From: an uncultured Vagococcus sp.
Lineage (GTDB): Bacteria; Bacillota; Bacilli; Lactobacillales; Vagococcaceae
Assembly (NCBI GenBank): GCA_965119435.1
Contig: CBCPLQ010000014.1
Location: 4,747-68,746, forward strand
Direction: 5' to 3'
DNA: 64,000 nucleotides
Shown: piece by piece, positions 52,392 through 63,172 of the stretch
Numbering within the stretch: the stretch's first letter is position 1
Layout: each line of letters opens with the position of its first letter
Notes under the pieces: generated by a model
Database searches by the model: none
Seen by the model: the letters and a program-made list of their open reading frames with translations, nothing else
Told to the model about the DNA's origin: nothing
Made by a program: the position numbers and the translations under genes

Positions 52392-53366
52392 ATGGTAGGA
52401 ATTATCCTAGCAAGTCATGGTGAATTTGCATCAGGGATTTTACAGTCTGGATCAATGATTTTTGGAGAGCAAGAAAATGTAGCAGCAGTTACTTTAATGC
52501 CTTCAGAAGGACCAGAAGATGTTAAGAAAAAAATGCAAGATGCAGTTGCAAGCTTTGACAATCAAGATGAAGTGTTATTCTTAGTTGATTTATGGGGTGG
52601 AACACCTTTTAATCAAGCAAGTAGCTTACTGGAAGAGCATAAAGAAAATTGGGCTATTGTAGCAGGCATGAGTTTACCAATGGTTATTGAAGCTTATGCT
52701 TCACGTTTTTCAATGGAAAGTGCCCATGAAATTGCAACCCATATTATTGGAACTGCTAAAGAAGGGGTAAAAGTTAAACCTGAAGAATTAGAACCAGAAG
52801 TAGAAGGAGCAGCAACAGCAGAAAAATCTGAATCAGTTGCTGGAAAACCAGGTAAGTTAGATTATGTTTTAGCAAGAATTGATACTAGATTGTTACACGG
52901 TCAAGTTGCTACTGTTTGGACAAAAACAACTGGACCAACACGTATCATTGTTGTGTCTGATGTAGTCGCTCAAGACGATTTACGTAAGAAACTAATTCAA
53001 CAAGCAGCTCCACCAGGTGTAAAAGCTCATGTTGTACCAATCGATCAAATGATTAAAATATCACAGGATGATCAACATTTCGGTGGACAAAAGGCCTTAT
53101 TATTATTTGAAACACCACAAGATGTATTAAGAGCAGTAGAAGGTGGCGTACCAATTGAAACAGTTAACGTTGGTTCTATGGCGCACTCACCAGGAAAAGT
53201 ACAACCAAATAAAGTATTAGCATTTAATCAAGATGATATTAATACATTTAATGAGTTGAAATCAGTCGGAGTTAAATTTGATGTACGTAAAGTACCAAGT
53301 GATTCAAAAGGTAATATGGAAGAAATTATAAAAAAAGCACAAGAAGAAATTAACAAACAAAAATAA
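52392..53366 (+). CDS. mptA: Mannose PTS EIIAB
   Basis: MVGIILASHGEF, DLWGGTPFN, RIDTRLLHGQV. Confidence 0.93.
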   Translation: MVGIILASHGEFASGILQSGSMIFGEQENVAAVTLMPSEGPEDVKKKMQDAVASFDNQDEVLFLVDLWGGTPFNQASSLLEEHKENWAIVAGMSLPMVIEAYASRFSMESAHEIATHIIGTAKEGVKVKPEELEPEVEGAATAEKSESVAGKPGKLDYVLARIDTRLLHGQVATVWTKTTGPTRIIVVSDVVAQDDLRKKLIQQAAPPGVKAHVVPIDQMIKISQDDQHFGGQKALLLFETPQDVLRAVEGGVPIETVNVGSMAHSPGKVQPNKVLAFNQDDINTFNELKSVGVKFDVRKVPSDSKGNMEEIIKKAQEEINKQK

Positions 53367-53398
53367 TTTATTATTAAGAAAACGGAGGATTAATAATC

Positions 53399-54208
53399 AT
53401 GGACTTAAATATTATTCAAATGATATTAGTCATTTTAGTTGCATTTTTAGCTGGTGTCGAAGGCATTTTAGATGAATTTCATTTCCATCAGCCAGTTATT
53501 GCATGTACACTAATTGGACTAGTGACAGGACAACTTGTTCCTTGCCTTATTTTAGGTGGTACATTGCAATTATTAGCACTTGGTTGGGCAAATATTGGAG
53601 CAGCAGTGGCACCCGATGCTGCATTAGCTTCAGTAGCGTCTGCAATTATTTTAGTTTTAGGTGGTCAAGGAAAAGCGGGAGTAGATTCAGCCATTGCTTT
53701 AGCTATTCCTTTGGCAGTAGCAGGCCTTTTATTAACAATTTTATGTCGTACAATTGCAACAGCGTTCGTACACTTTATGGATGCTGCAGCTAAAGAAGGG
53801 GACTTCAAAAAAATTGAGTTTTGGCATATTATGGCTATTTGTTTACAAGGAGTTCGTATTGCCATTCCAGCTGCTTTAATTTTAGCGATTGGTGAAGGTC
53901 CAGTACGTGGCTTATTAGAAGCTATGCCAGAATGGTTAACAAAAGGGTTAGCAATTGGTGGTGGAATGGTAGTAGCTGTTGGGTTTGCCATGGTTATTAA
54001 CATGATGGCAACAAAAGAAGTGTGGCCATTCTTTGCTCTAGGTTTTGTTATTGCAACAGTTTCAGAAATTACACTTATCGGTCTAGGTGCCATTGGTACA
54101 TCTCTAGCACTTATCTACTTAGCCCTATCTAAACAAGGTGGCGGCTCAGGAGGTAACGGGGGATCAAATACTGGTGATCCTGTCGGCGATATCATCGATA
54201 ACTATTAA
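53399..54208 (+). CDS. mptC: Mannose PTS EIIC
   Basis: HQPVIACTLIG, GAAVAPD, GGQGKAG. Confidence 0.93.
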   Translation: MDLNIIQMILVILVAFLAGVEGILDEFHFHQPVIACTLIGLVTGQLVPCLILGGTLQLLALGWANIGAAVAPDAALASVASAIILVLGGQGKAGVDSAIALAIPLAVAGLLLTILCRTIATAFVHFMDAAAKEGDFKKIEFWHIMAICLQGVRIAIPAALILAIGEGPVRGLLEAMPEWLTKGLAIGGGMVVAVGFAMVINMMATKEVWPFFALGFVIATVSEITLIGLGAIGTSLALIYLALSKQGGGSGGNGGSNTGDPVGDIIDNY

Positions 54209-54225
54209 AAAGGAGGCGGAAAAAA

Positions 54226-55143
54226 ATGACAGAACAACAAAGAATTGAATTAACTAAAAATGATCGTAAATCTGTTTTCTGGCGTTCAACATTCTTACAA
54301 GGATCTTGGAACTATGAACGTATGCAAAACGGTGGTTGGGCATTTTCAATGATCCCAGCAATCAAAAAATTATATACAACTAAAGAAGATCGTGCAGCCG
54401 CTCTTGAGCGTCATTTAGAGTTTTTTAATACACATCCCTACGTAGCTTCTCCTATTTTAGGAGTAACATTAGCTCTTGAAGAAGAACGTGCTAATGGAGC
54501 ACCTGTAGATGATGCAGCGATTCAAGGGGTTAAGGTTGGTATGATGGGACCTTTAGCAGGTATCGGTGACCCAGTTTTCTGGTTTACAGTTAAACCTATT
54601 TTAGGTGCATTAGCAGCTACTTTAGCAATCAGTGGAAATATATTAGGACCAATCATTTATTTTATTGGTTGGAACTTAATTCGTATGGGATTCATGTGGT
54701 ACACACAAGAGTTTGGATATAAAGCTGGATCTAAAATTACAGAGGATTTATCAGGTGGGATTTTACAAGACATTACAAAAGGTGCCTCAATTCTCGGGAT
54801 GTTTATTCTAGGTTCTCTCGTTAATAGATGGGTGTCAATCAACTTTACACCAATTGTTTCCAAAGTTAAATTAGATGATGGTGCATTTATTGACTGGAAA
54901 AATTTACCAAAAGGAATCGAAGGAGTCAAAACAGCTCTAGAACAACAAGCAAATGGGCTTGCTTTAGATCAGTATAAAATAACAACATTACAAGATAACT
55001 TAGACAGTTTGATTACTGGTTTAGTAGGATTACTATTAACTCTATTTTGTATGTGGTTACTTAAGAAAAAAGTATCTCCAATTGTTATTATTTTAGGACT
55101 ATTTGTTTCAGGGATTGCACTACATTTGATTGGCTTAATGTAA
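54226..55143 (+). CDS. mptD: Mannose PTS EIID
   Basis: SWNYERMQN, FFNTHP, MMGPLAGIGD. Confidence 0.93.
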   Translation: MTEQQRIELTKNDRKSVFWRSTFLQGSWNYERMQNGGWAFSMIPAIKKLYTTKEDRAAALERHLEFFNTHPYVASPILGVTLALEEERANGAPVDDAAIQGVKVGMMGPLAGIGDPVFWFTVKPILGALAATLAISGNILGPIIYFIGWNLIRMGFMWYTQEFGYKAGSKITEDLSGGILQDITKGASILGMFILGSLVNRWVSINFTPIVSKVKLDDGAFIDWKNLPKGIEGVKTALEQQANGLALDQYKITTLQDNLDSLITGLVGLLLTLFCMWLLKKKVSPIVIILGLFVSGIALHLIGLM

Positions 55144-55166
55144 TCAATTAGTTTGTAATAAGTTAG

Positions 55167-55209
55167 AAAAGCTGGGATGGAACTAGAGTTGGTTCTATCC
55201 TAGTTTTTT
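55167..55209 (+). terminator. Terminator (repeat family member)
   Basis: aaaagctgggatggaac...gttctatcctagtttttt. Confidence 0.7.
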
Positions 55210-55278
55210 GATTAGTTAAAAACTGTTATAATATACTTGAATATGACAAGGTTGAAAAGAAATGGAGCTGACAAACGA

Positions 55279-55659
55279 ATGGTTCAATCAATAAATACAA
55301 AAGTTGATGTAATAGAAAAAGCTACCTCTTTTATAGGTGCAGCTGAGTATGGAAAAATTATGGTTGGTGATAAAGGCTTTGAATTTTATAATGAACGAGA
55401 TGCTAAAAAATTTGTTCAAATCCCTTGGGAAGAGGTCGATATAGTGATAACTTCTGTTATTTTTAAAGGAAAATGGATACCAAGATTTGCTATTAAAACA
55501 AAACATAACGGTACATTTACTTTCTCGACTAAAGATCCTAAAAAGGTGTTGCGTGGGATTCGTGTTTATATTGATCCGAATCGAATTGTGAAGTCGCTAA
55601 GTTTTTTTGAAGTGATAAAAAAAAGTGTCAAAAATATTTTCTTAAAAAAATCTAAATAA
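55279..55659 (+). CDS. manO: DUF956-family protein (ManO)
   Basis: MVQSINTKVD, YGKIMVGDKGFEFYN, IQIPW-like motif; follows mptD. Confidence 0.88.
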   Translation: MVQSINTKVDVIEKATSFIGAAEYGKIMVGDKGFEFYNERDAKKFVQIPWEEVDIVITSVIFKGKWIPRFAIKTKHNGTFTFSTKDPKKVLRGIRVYIDPNRIVKSLSFFEVIKKSVKNIFLKKSK

Positions 55660-55701
55660 AAAGAGTATTCTTCTGATTATGAGAAGGATATTCTTTTTAT
55701 T
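55655..55701 (+). terminator. Terminator
   Basis: aataaaaagagtattcttct / agaaggatattctttttatt. Confidence 0.7.
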
Positions 55702-55872
55702 AGTTTATAATGAGAATTTAGAAAAAATTTATAAGATAAAAGAAAAATTTATCCTTCCTTTTAAGCTAATGTAATTTTTATGTTGCAATTGTATTAGAAA
55801 TGATATATTCTTATCATTATATTTTAATTATATTCTAATAATAATGAATTGCAAATTTAAGGGGGATTTTTG

Positions 55873-57552
55873 ATGAAAAAAAAGAAGATGTTATATGTTG
55901 GTCTGCTGTCAACAGTTGTTTTGTCTTTAGTAGCATGCGGTGGAGATAAGAGCAAGGAAGCAACAAAGGGCAATGGAAGTTCTGATGGTAAAGAAGTATT
56001 GGCAAAAACACAAGAACTTTCTGTTAATGTTCAACAAGAGATGCCATCTGCTGATTTATCACTCAATACTGATGTTATTGGATCGGTCGCATTAAATAAT
56101 GTTTATGAAGGTATTTATCGTTTAGATAAAGATCAAAAACCACAACCAGCTGGTGCGACTGAAAAAGCTGAAATTAGCGAAGATGGTTTAGTTTATAAAG
56201 TAAAATTACGTGAAGATGCTAAGTGGTCAGATGGTAAACCTGTAACGGCTAAGGACTATGTGTATGGATGGCAAAGAACAGTTGACCCTAAAACAGCTTC
56301 TGAATATGCTTACTTACATGAACCTGTAAAAAATGCTGCAGATATTACAGCAGGTAAAAAAGACAAAAAAGAATTGGGTATTAAAGCAGTTAGTGATTAT
56401 GAATTGGAGATTACATTGGATAAAGCAACTCCGTATTTTGAATACCTATTAGCATTCACAACATACATGCCTCAAAGAGAAGATATTGTTGAGAAATATG
56501 GTAAAGAGTACACTACTAAAAGTGATAAAGTCGTTTACAATGGACCATTCGTTTTAGCCGATTTTGATGGTCCTGGTAGTGATACTGAATGGTCATATGA
56601 AAAAAATAAAGAGTATTGGGATAAAGAGACTGTCAAGCTAGATAAAATTAACGTTAGTGTGGTAAAAGAAGCTTCGACTAGTTTGAATCTTTTTGAAAGT
56701 GGAAAAGCAGAAGATGTTATCTTAACTGGCGAATTGGCTCAACAAAAAGCTGACGACCCTCAATTCGTTAGTGAGAAAAAGGCATCATCTAGATATTTAG
56801 AATTAAATCAAATCGATGAAAAATCAGATTTTAAAAATGCTGATTTAAGAAAAGCAATTTCATATGCAATTGACCGTGATGCTTTAGCTAATCAAATATT
56901 AGCAGATGGTTCTATTGCCTCAAATGGATTAGTTCCAAAAGATGTTGCTCAAAGTCCAAAAGATAAAAATGATTTTACGAAAGATGCGGGAAGTAAAATT
57001 GAATACGATAGTAAAAAAGCGAAAGAGCATTGGAAAAAAGCTAAAAAAGAATTAGGCAAAGATAAAATTGAAGTTGATTTGTTGGCTTCTGATACTGACT
57101 CTACCAAAAAAGCAATTGAATTTTTAAAAGGGTCTCTAGAGGAAGAATTACCAGGATTAAAAGTTAATTTAAGTCCAGTACCATTTAGTGTACGTCTAGA
57201 CCGCTCAAACAAAGGAGACTTTAGTATGGTATACAGTGGTTGGATTGCTGATTATCCAGATCCAAGTAGTTTCCTTGATTTATTCGAAACAGGTAACTCA
57301 TATAATAGAGGTCACTATACTAATCCAGAATACGATAAACTAATTAAATCAGCAGGAACAACAAATGTTAATGATCCTGAAAAACGTTGGGAAGATATGA
57401 TTAAAGCAGAACAAATCATTACAGAAGATGTAGGGGTGGTGCCGGTTATTCAAGAAGCGGAAGCTCATTTACGTTCTGACAAAGTAAAAGGTGTAGTAGC
57501 ACATCCAGCAGGAGCAATGTTCGATTACAAATGGGCATATAAAGTAGACTAA
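55873..57552 (+). CDS. oppA: Oligopeptide-binding lipoprotein (main opp locus)
   Basis: Lipobox LVAC, WSDGKPVTAKDYVYGWQR, WIADY; upstream of oppBCDF. Confidence 0.93.
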   Translation: MKKKKMLYVGLLSTVVLSLVACGGDKSKEATKGNGSSDGKEVLAKTQELSVNVQQEMPSADLSLNTDVIGSVALNNVYEGIYRLDKDQKPQPAGATEKAEISEDGLVYKVKLREDAKWSDGKPVTAKDYVYGWQRTVDPKTASEYAYLHEPVKNAADITAGKKDKKELGIKAVSDYELEITLDKATPYFEYLLAFTTYMPQREDIVEKYGKEYTTKSDKVVYNGPFVLADFDGPGSDTEWSYEKNKEYWDKETVKLDKINVSVVKEASTSLNLFESGKAEDVILTGELAQQKADDPQFVSEKKASSRYLELNQIDEKSDFKNADLRKAISYAIDRDALANQILADGSIASNGLVPKDVAQSPKDKNDFTKDAGSKIEYDSKKAKEHWKKAKKELGKDKIEVDLLASDTDSTKKAIEFLKGSLEEELPGLKVNLSPVPFSVRLDRSNKGDFSMVYSGWIADYPDPSSFLDLFETGNSYNRGHYTNPEYDKLIKSAGTTNVNDPEKRWEDMIKAEQIITEDVGVVPVIQEAEAHLRSDKVKGVVAHPAGAMFDYKWAYKVD

Positions 57553-57639
57553 CTGTACAATCTGCTAATACCTATTTTAAATCTAAGAGTTAAGATATTA
57601 AAACAGTAAGGGATAAGAGTTGTCTTTAAGGAGAAACAT

Positions 57640-57675
57640 AAAAAAATCCTATAACTTGGGTTATAGGGTTTTTTT
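57640..57675. terminator. Bidirectional terminator
   Basis: aaaaaaatcctataac-ttgg-gttatagggttttttt. Confidence 0.8.
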
Positions 57676-57685
57676 AAATCTTACC

Positions 57686-58030
57686 TTAAGCTATTAATGC
57701 TAGAAATATACTGGTAGCCAATAATAACAAGCCAACAGCAAACCAATATATCGGTTTTTTGTTAAAGATATTGGAGAGTGGGATATATTCTTTTGGTTCA
57801 CTATTTTTTCTTAAATAGACTAGATGTTTCATGTTTTTTTGAAATAAATCAAAAAATCCAGAAGATAAAACGAGAATAAAGCCACCTATAATAAGGAAGA
57901 AAAGAGCAAACATAAAAAAATTATCAGATAAATATGCTAATGTTATTTCTTTTTTTGTAATCCATGTTATTAAAGGGATAATAATGATTAACCCTAAAAG
58001 GTTAGTAACTATTTTTTTCTTAGTTGTCAT
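57686..58030 (-). CDS. Small membrane protein, DUF3899-like
   Basis: Three hydrophobic segments, SGFFD motif; position between oppA and oppB. Confidence 0.75.
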   Translation of the reverse strand: MTTKKKIVTNLLGLIIIIPLITWITKKEITLAYLSDNFFMFALFFLIIGGFILVLSSGFFDLFQKNMKHLVYLRKNSEPKEYIPLSNIFNKKPIYWFAVGLLLLATSIFLALIA

Positions 58031-58113
58031 AACAACATTCCTTACCTATTTGATAAACTTACTCTAATTCATTTATTAATCGATGTCAAAATATTTTAAA
58101 GGGGGAAAAATAA

Positions 58114-59058
58114 ATGAAGAATTTTGCTAAATATTTTCTTAAGCGTGTGATGTTCATGCTAATTACATTGTGGTTGATTTCTACAATCACATTTTTCTTA
58201 ATGAAATTACTACCTGGTTCGCCATATGCAAACCAAGAAAAATTATCACCAGAACAAATTGAAATTCTAAATGAACAAGCGGGATTAGATAAACCGGTTA
58301 TTCAACAATATGGTATTTATATGGGAAATTTAGTAAAGGGTGATTTTGGAACATCTTTCCAATTTAAAAATCAACCTGTTTCTAAATTGTTAAAAGAAAG
58401 AATTGGACCATCAGTTCAATTAGGAGTTCAGGCTATTATTTTTGGAACAATTGTGGGAATTATTTTAGGCGCAATAGCAGCTATGAAACAAAATACATGG
58501 GTTGATACCATTGCCACATTAGTCGCCATACTGGGCAGATCAATTCCTAACTTTGTGTTTGCAGTTCTCTTGCAATACTTTTTTGCGATAAAACTAGGTA
58601 TCTTACCTATTGCAAAGTGGGATCAGGGATTTGCCTCAACCATTTTACCAACTTTAGCGCTTGCGATGTCACCGCTAGCTGATTCTGCGCGATTTATTAG
58701 AACAGAGATGGTTGAAGTTCTAAGTAGTGATTATATCGAATTAGCAAGGGCAAAAGGATTGAGTAGAACTCAAGTTGTTTTTCGTCATGGATTAAGGAAC
58801 AGCTTAATACCCTTGATTACATTACTTGGGCCATTAGCAGTTGCTTTAATGACAGGATCTTTAGTAGTGGAAAATATATTTGCGATACCTGGTATTGGAG
58901 AACAATTTGTAAAATCAATTATGACTAATGATTATCCGACTATTATGGCTGTTACCATCATGTTTTCAGCAATGTTGGTTGTTGTTATCCTAATTGTTGA
59001 TTTATTATACGGTATTGTAGATCCAAGAATTCGAGTTTCAGGAGGTGGCAAGGAATAA
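58114..59058 (+). CDS. oppB: Oligopeptide ABC permease
   Basis: GDFGTSF, SIPNFV, EAA-like ELARAKG, FAIPGIG. Confidence 0.95.
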   Translation: MKNFAKYFLKRVMFMLITLWLISTITFFLMKLLPGSPYANQEKLSPEQIEILNEQAGLDKPVIQQYGIYMGNLVKGDFGTSFQFKNQPVSKLLKERIGPSVQLGVQAIIFGTIVGIILGAIAAMKQNTWVDTIATLVAILGRSIPNFVFAVLLQYFFAIKLGILPIAKWDQGFASTILPTLALAMSPLADSARFIRTEMVEVLSSDYIELARAKGLSRTQVVFRHGLRNSLIPLITLLGPLAVALMTGSLVVENIFAIPGIGEQFVKSIMTNDYPTIMAVTIMFSAMLVVVILIVDLLYGIVDPRIRVSGGGKE

Positions 59059-60086
59059 TGGAAAAAATAGATATTAATAATATTTCAAAAGATAAGTTCA
59101 GACCTATTTCAATTGAAGGGAACTTAGACCGTGAAAAAATAAGTACGCCATCACTTAACTTTATTCAAGATTCTTGGCGAAGGTTGAAAAAAAATAAAGG
59201 AGCAGTTATTTCTTTAATACTGTTAGGCATTATTACTCTTTTAGCATTTGGATCAATTTGGGTATCGCCTCATGATCCAACGAAGCAAAATCCCAAGTAC
59301 ATTAACTTACCACCAAAAATACCAGGCTTAAGTATTGATGGTTTTAACGGAACATCTATTGTAGGAGGAAACCGAGTAGATAAGTACGAGCAAGCTAAAG
59401 TACCAGAAGATGTCCACTTCTACTTAGGAACAGATGGTTTAGGTCGAGATGAACTATCTCGTTTATTAATGGGAACAAGAATGTCCTTAATTATAGCTTT
59501 TGTAGCAGCTTTTCTTGATTTAACCTTTGGAGTTATATATGGAATGATTTCGGCTATGAAAGGTGGAAAGACGGATAATATCATGCAACGGATTTTAGAA
59601 ATTCTATCTGGAGTTCCGAATTTAGTTGTCATGATTTTGATGTTAACAGTCTTTAAACCAGGAATGATGTCGATTATTTTAGCAATGATCGTAACAGGTT
59701 GGATCACAATGGCAAGGATTGTACGGGCACAAACGCTAAAAATTAAGGACCAAGAATATGTATTGGCTGCAACAACTCTAGGCGAATCAAACGCTAAAAT
59801 AGCTATGAAGCATGTTCTACCCAATATTTCAGGAGTTATTATCGTTCAAATGATGTTTAGTATTCCTTCTGCGATATTCTTTGAAGCTTTCTTAAGCTTT
59901 ATCGGTTTGGGATTAACACCTCCAACCGCATCTCTTGGAACTTTGTTGAATGAGGGATACAAAACATTTAGGTTTTTACCTCACTTAATGTGGGCTCCAG
60001 CGATTACATTATCTGTTATTATGGTTTGTTTTAATCTACTAGCAGATGGATTACGTGATGCTTTTGATCCGAAAATGAATGATTAG
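59058..60086 (+). CDS. oppC: Oligopeptide ABC permease
   Basis: LGTDGLGRD, EYVLAA, LADGLRDAFDP; TAATG overlap with oppB. Confidence 0.95.
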   Translation: MEKIDINNISKDKFRPISIEGNLDREKISTPSLNFIQDSWRRLKKNKGAVISLILLGIITLLAFGSIWVSPHDPTKQNPKYINLPPKIPGLSIDGFNGTSIVGGNRVDKYEQAKVPEDVHFYLGTDGLGRDELSRLLMGTRMSLIIAFVAAFLDLTFGVIYGMISAMKGGKTDNIMQRILEILSGVPNLVVMILMLTVFKPGMMSIILAMIVTGWITMARIVRAQTLKIKDQEYVLAATTLGESNAKIAMKHVLPNISGVIIVQMMFSIPSAIFFEAFLSFIGLGLTPPTASLGTLLNEGYKTFRFLPHLMWAPAITLSVIMVCFNLLADGLRDAFDPKMND

Positions 60087-60100
60087 GATGGTGATGAAAA

Positions 60101-61138
60101 ATGGAAAAAGTATTAGAAATAAAAGATCTAAATATTTCTTTTGATACGTTTGCTGGTAAAGTTCACGCCATTCGTGGGGTTAACTTTGATTTACATAAAG
60201 GTGAAACATTAGCAATTGTAGGAGAATCAGGTTCAGGTAAATCAGTAACAACGAGAACAATAATGCGACTATTAGCCAATAATGCCAATATCGATGAGGG
60301 GAAAATTCTCTTTAAAGGAGACGATCTTGTTCATAAGACTGAAAAAGAAATGCAATCGATTAGAGGGAAAGACATTGCAATGATTTTCCAAGACCCAATG
60401 ACATCTCTTGATCCAACTATGAACATCGGAAATCAAGTAGCAGAGTCATTGAGAAAACATCGAAAGATTTCAAAAAAGGAATCCTTAGAGAGAGCTTTAG
60501 ATTTACTAGAGCTTGTTGGAATTCCTAATGCCAAGAAAAGACTTAAAAACTATCCGCATCAATTTTCTGGAGGTCAACGTCAAAGAATTGTTATTGCTAT
60601 CGCTTTGATCTGCTATCCCGAAGTTCTTATTGCAGATGAACCAACGACTGCGCTAGATGTCACCATTCAAGCACAAATTATTGAGTTAATGAAGGATATC
60701 CAAAAGAAAATTCAAACTTCTATTATTTTTATCACTCATGATTTAGGCGTAGTTGCAAACGTTGCTGATAGAGTTGCAGTTATGTATGGTGGTCGGATTA
60801 TTGAAATTGGAACATCAGATGAAATTTTTTATAATCCACAACATCCCTACACGTGGGGATTGCTTAGTTCAATGCCAACCTTAGATACAGGTCAAGAAAA
60901 ATTATATGCTATCCCAGGATCTCCACCGGACTTACTGGACCCACCAAAAGGGGATGCTTTTCATCCTCGTAATGAGTTTGCAATGCAAATCGACACAGAA
61001 GAAGTTCCACCATTTTTTGACGTTTCATCAACTCACAAAGCAGCTACTTGGTTATTAGCGCCAAATGCACCAAAAGTCATACCACCAGCAGAAATTGTTC
61101 GTAGGCGAGAAAAATATAAGACACGCTTTGGTGCCTAG
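60101..61138 (+). CDS. oppD: Oligopeptide ABC ATPase
   Basis: [32 protein letters not shown]. Confidence 0.95.
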   Translation: MEKVLEIKDLNISFDTFAGKVHAIRGVNFDLHKGETLAIVGESGSGKSVTTRTIMRLLANNANIDEGKILFKGDDLVHKTEKEMQSIRGKDIAMIFQDPMTSLDPTMNIGNQVAESLRKHRKISKKESLERALDLLELVGIPNAKKRLKNYPHQFSGGQRQRIVIAIALICYPEVLIADEPTTALDVTIQAQIIELMKDIQKKIQTSIIFITHDLGVVANVADRVAVMYGGRIIEIGTSDEIFYNPQHPYTWGLLSSMPTLDTGQEKLYAIPGSPPDLLDPPKGDAFHPRNEFAMQIDTEEVPPFFDVSSTHKAATWLLAPNAPKVIPPAEIVRRREKYKTRFGA

Positions 61139-61155
61139 AAAAGGGGGAAACGTAA

Positions 61156-62109
61156 ATGGTAGAAGTAAAGGATAAAAAAATGTTACTAGATGTAAGAGAA
61201 TTAAAACAGCATTTCAATGTTGGGCGAGAAGATGAAGTGAAAGCTGTAGATGGAATTACTTTCTCTATTTATGAAGGAGAAACATTTGGTTTGGTAGGAG
61301 AGTCCGGTTGTGGTAAATCAACTACAGGTAGAAGTATTATTCGTTTATATAATCCCACAAGTGGAGAAATCTATTTTAATGGAGAAGATATATCCCAAAT
61401 TAAAGGTCGAAAGAGTTTAAATCAATTTAGACGTGACGTTCAAATGATTTATCAAGATCCGTACGCCTCATTAAATCCAAGAATGAAAGTAAAAGATATT
61501 ATTGCTGAAGGTATAGATGTTCATGGGTTGGCTAAAAATGAGGAAGAGCGAACAAATCGGGTAAATGACTTACTTAAAACAGTAGGGCTTGATCCTAGTC
61601 ATGGAACGCGTTATCCTCATGAATTTTCTGGTGGACAAAGGCAGAGGATTGGAATTGCAAGAGCCTTAGCTGTAGAGCCTAAGTTTATTATATGCGATGA
61701 ACCAATTTCAGCATTAGATGTATCAATCCAAGCTCAAGTTGTAAATTTATTGCAAGAGTTACAAGAACAACAAAAATTAACCTATCTTTTTATTGCACAT
61801 GATTTATCCATGGTAAAATATATTAGCGACCGTATAGGTGTTATGTACTATGGCCGCCTTGTTGAAGTTGGATCAGCGGAAGAAATTTATAAATATGGGT
61901 TGCATCCTTATACAGAGAGTTTATTATCAGCAATTCCACTACCGGATCCCGACTATGAAAGAAATAGACAACGAATTACTTACAAGGCAAAAGAAGAAGA
62001 TGATAAAGTACGCTCTTTGCGAGAAGTTTCTCCAGAGCATTTTGTATACTGTAGTGAAGAAGAAGTAGCTCTTTATAAAAGAAAGCTTTTGGAAAAGAAA
62101 GAACAGTAG
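61156..62109 (+). CDS. oppF: Oligopeptide ABC ATPase
   Basis: [32 protein letters not shown]. Confidence 0.95.
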   Translation: MVEVKDKKMLLDVRELKQHFNVGREDEVKAVDGITFSIYEGETFGLVGESGCGKSTTGRSIIRLYNPTSGEIYFNGEDISQIKGRKSLNQFRRDVQMIYQDPYASLNPRMKVKDIIAEGIDVHGLAKNEEERTNRVNDLLKTVGLDPSHGTRYPHEFSGGQRQRIGIARALAVEPKFIICDEPISALDVSIQAQVVNLLQELQEQQKLTYLFIAHDLSMVKYISDRIGVMYYGRLVEVGSAEEIYKYGLHPYTESLLSAIPLPDPDYERNRQRITYKAKEEDDKVRSLREVSPEHFVYCSEEEVALYKRKLLEKKEQ

Positions 62110-62177
62110 AACTCCCCCTTCTACTGTTTTTTATAAATAAAAATCCTGAAACGTTTAGTCGTTTCAGGATTTTTTTT
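62101..62177. terminator. Two tandem terminators between convergent genes
   Basis: aacagtagaa/ttctactgtt and aaaaatcctgaaacg/cgtttcaggattttt. Confidence 0.75.
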
Positions 62178-62178
62178 G

Positions 62179-63129
62179 TTAGATAGGTGCTTTTATTCTT
62201 TTTTCGTAAGCCTCTAGCCATTTTTGCGTAACTGGTTCAATGACAGTAGTGTGATTGTCTCCCATATTTGCCATAAAAATAGTAGGTTCTATTTCGTGGG
62301 TGGCAACAGAAAAAGTGAACTCAACATTTGTTGCAACTCCCCAGTATCCTTCTTTGTTCATAGCAATCAAAGAAAAAGCCCCAGCTTTGCCATATCGCTT
62401 AGTTAGCTTATCATGGAAAGGGTAAACTGTTTGATCACAAGCTTCTTGAGGAGATAAGCCTTCACCCATTTTACGAACAATTTCATATGACAAGATACCC
62501 TTCATTAAATCTTCTCCAAGACCTGTCGCAGAGGCACCTCCAATCTCACTATCCACATAAAATCCTGAGCCAGAAAGTGGAGAATCGCCAACTCTTCCTG
62601 GTTGTTTCATAAAAAGACCGGAACTAGATGTTCCTACTGCCATGCTTCCTTTTGAATCCAAAGTAACGACACCGACAGTATCATGACCATCATAAGGACT
62701 TATATTTCTTTTTTTTATTGTTTCTAATCGTTTTTCAAAAATTTTTTTAGCACGATCGGTTAACATGTTTTTTACTTCAAAACCTTCTTCTGTGGCATAA
62801 GTTTTAGCACCTTCACCGATTAAAAAACTGTTAAATTTTTCATGGCTTAACTTTTTAGCAACGGAGATAGGGTTTTTTATGTTTGTGATTCCTGCAACTG
62901 CCCCAATTTGAAATGTATCTCCGTTCATAAAGGCAGCATCCATTTCTAAGATTCCTTGGGCATTAGGAAGTCCACCGTATCCTACTGATTTATAAAAAGG
63001 ATAGTCTTCGACTAGTTTAATAGTTGCTTCCAAGGCATCACTGGCAGTTTGTTCTGCCTTTAATTTATTTGTTGCTTCTATAACGCCATCATGAGCCATT
63101 CGCCAAGTTGCTATGGTTCCGTAATTCAT
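62179..63129 (-). CDS. N(4)-(beta-N-acetylglucosaminyl)-L-asparaginase family Ntn hydrolase
   Basis: VGYGG, EMDAA, GHD-TVG autocleavage site, GRVGDSPL, TGLGE. Confidence 0.85.
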   Translation of the reverse strand: MNYGTIATWRMAHDGVIEATNKLKAEQTASDALEATIKLVEDYPFYKSVGYGGLPNAQGILEMDAAFMNGDTFQIGAVAGITNIKNPISVAKKLSHEKFNSFLIGEGAKTYATEEGFEVKNMLTDRAKKIFEKRLETIKKRNISPYDGHDTVGVVTLDSKGSMAVGTSSSGLFMKQPGRVGDSPLSGSGFYVDSEIGGASATGLGEDLMKGILSYEIVRKMGEGLSPQEACDQTVYPFHDKLTKRYGKAGAFSLIAMNKEGYWGVATNVEFTFSVATHEIEPTIFMANMGDNHTTVIEPVTQKWLEAYEKRIKAPI

Positions 63130-63172
63130 TCAAACCTCTCCTTAAACTCTATGTTATTTGATAGGTATATAC

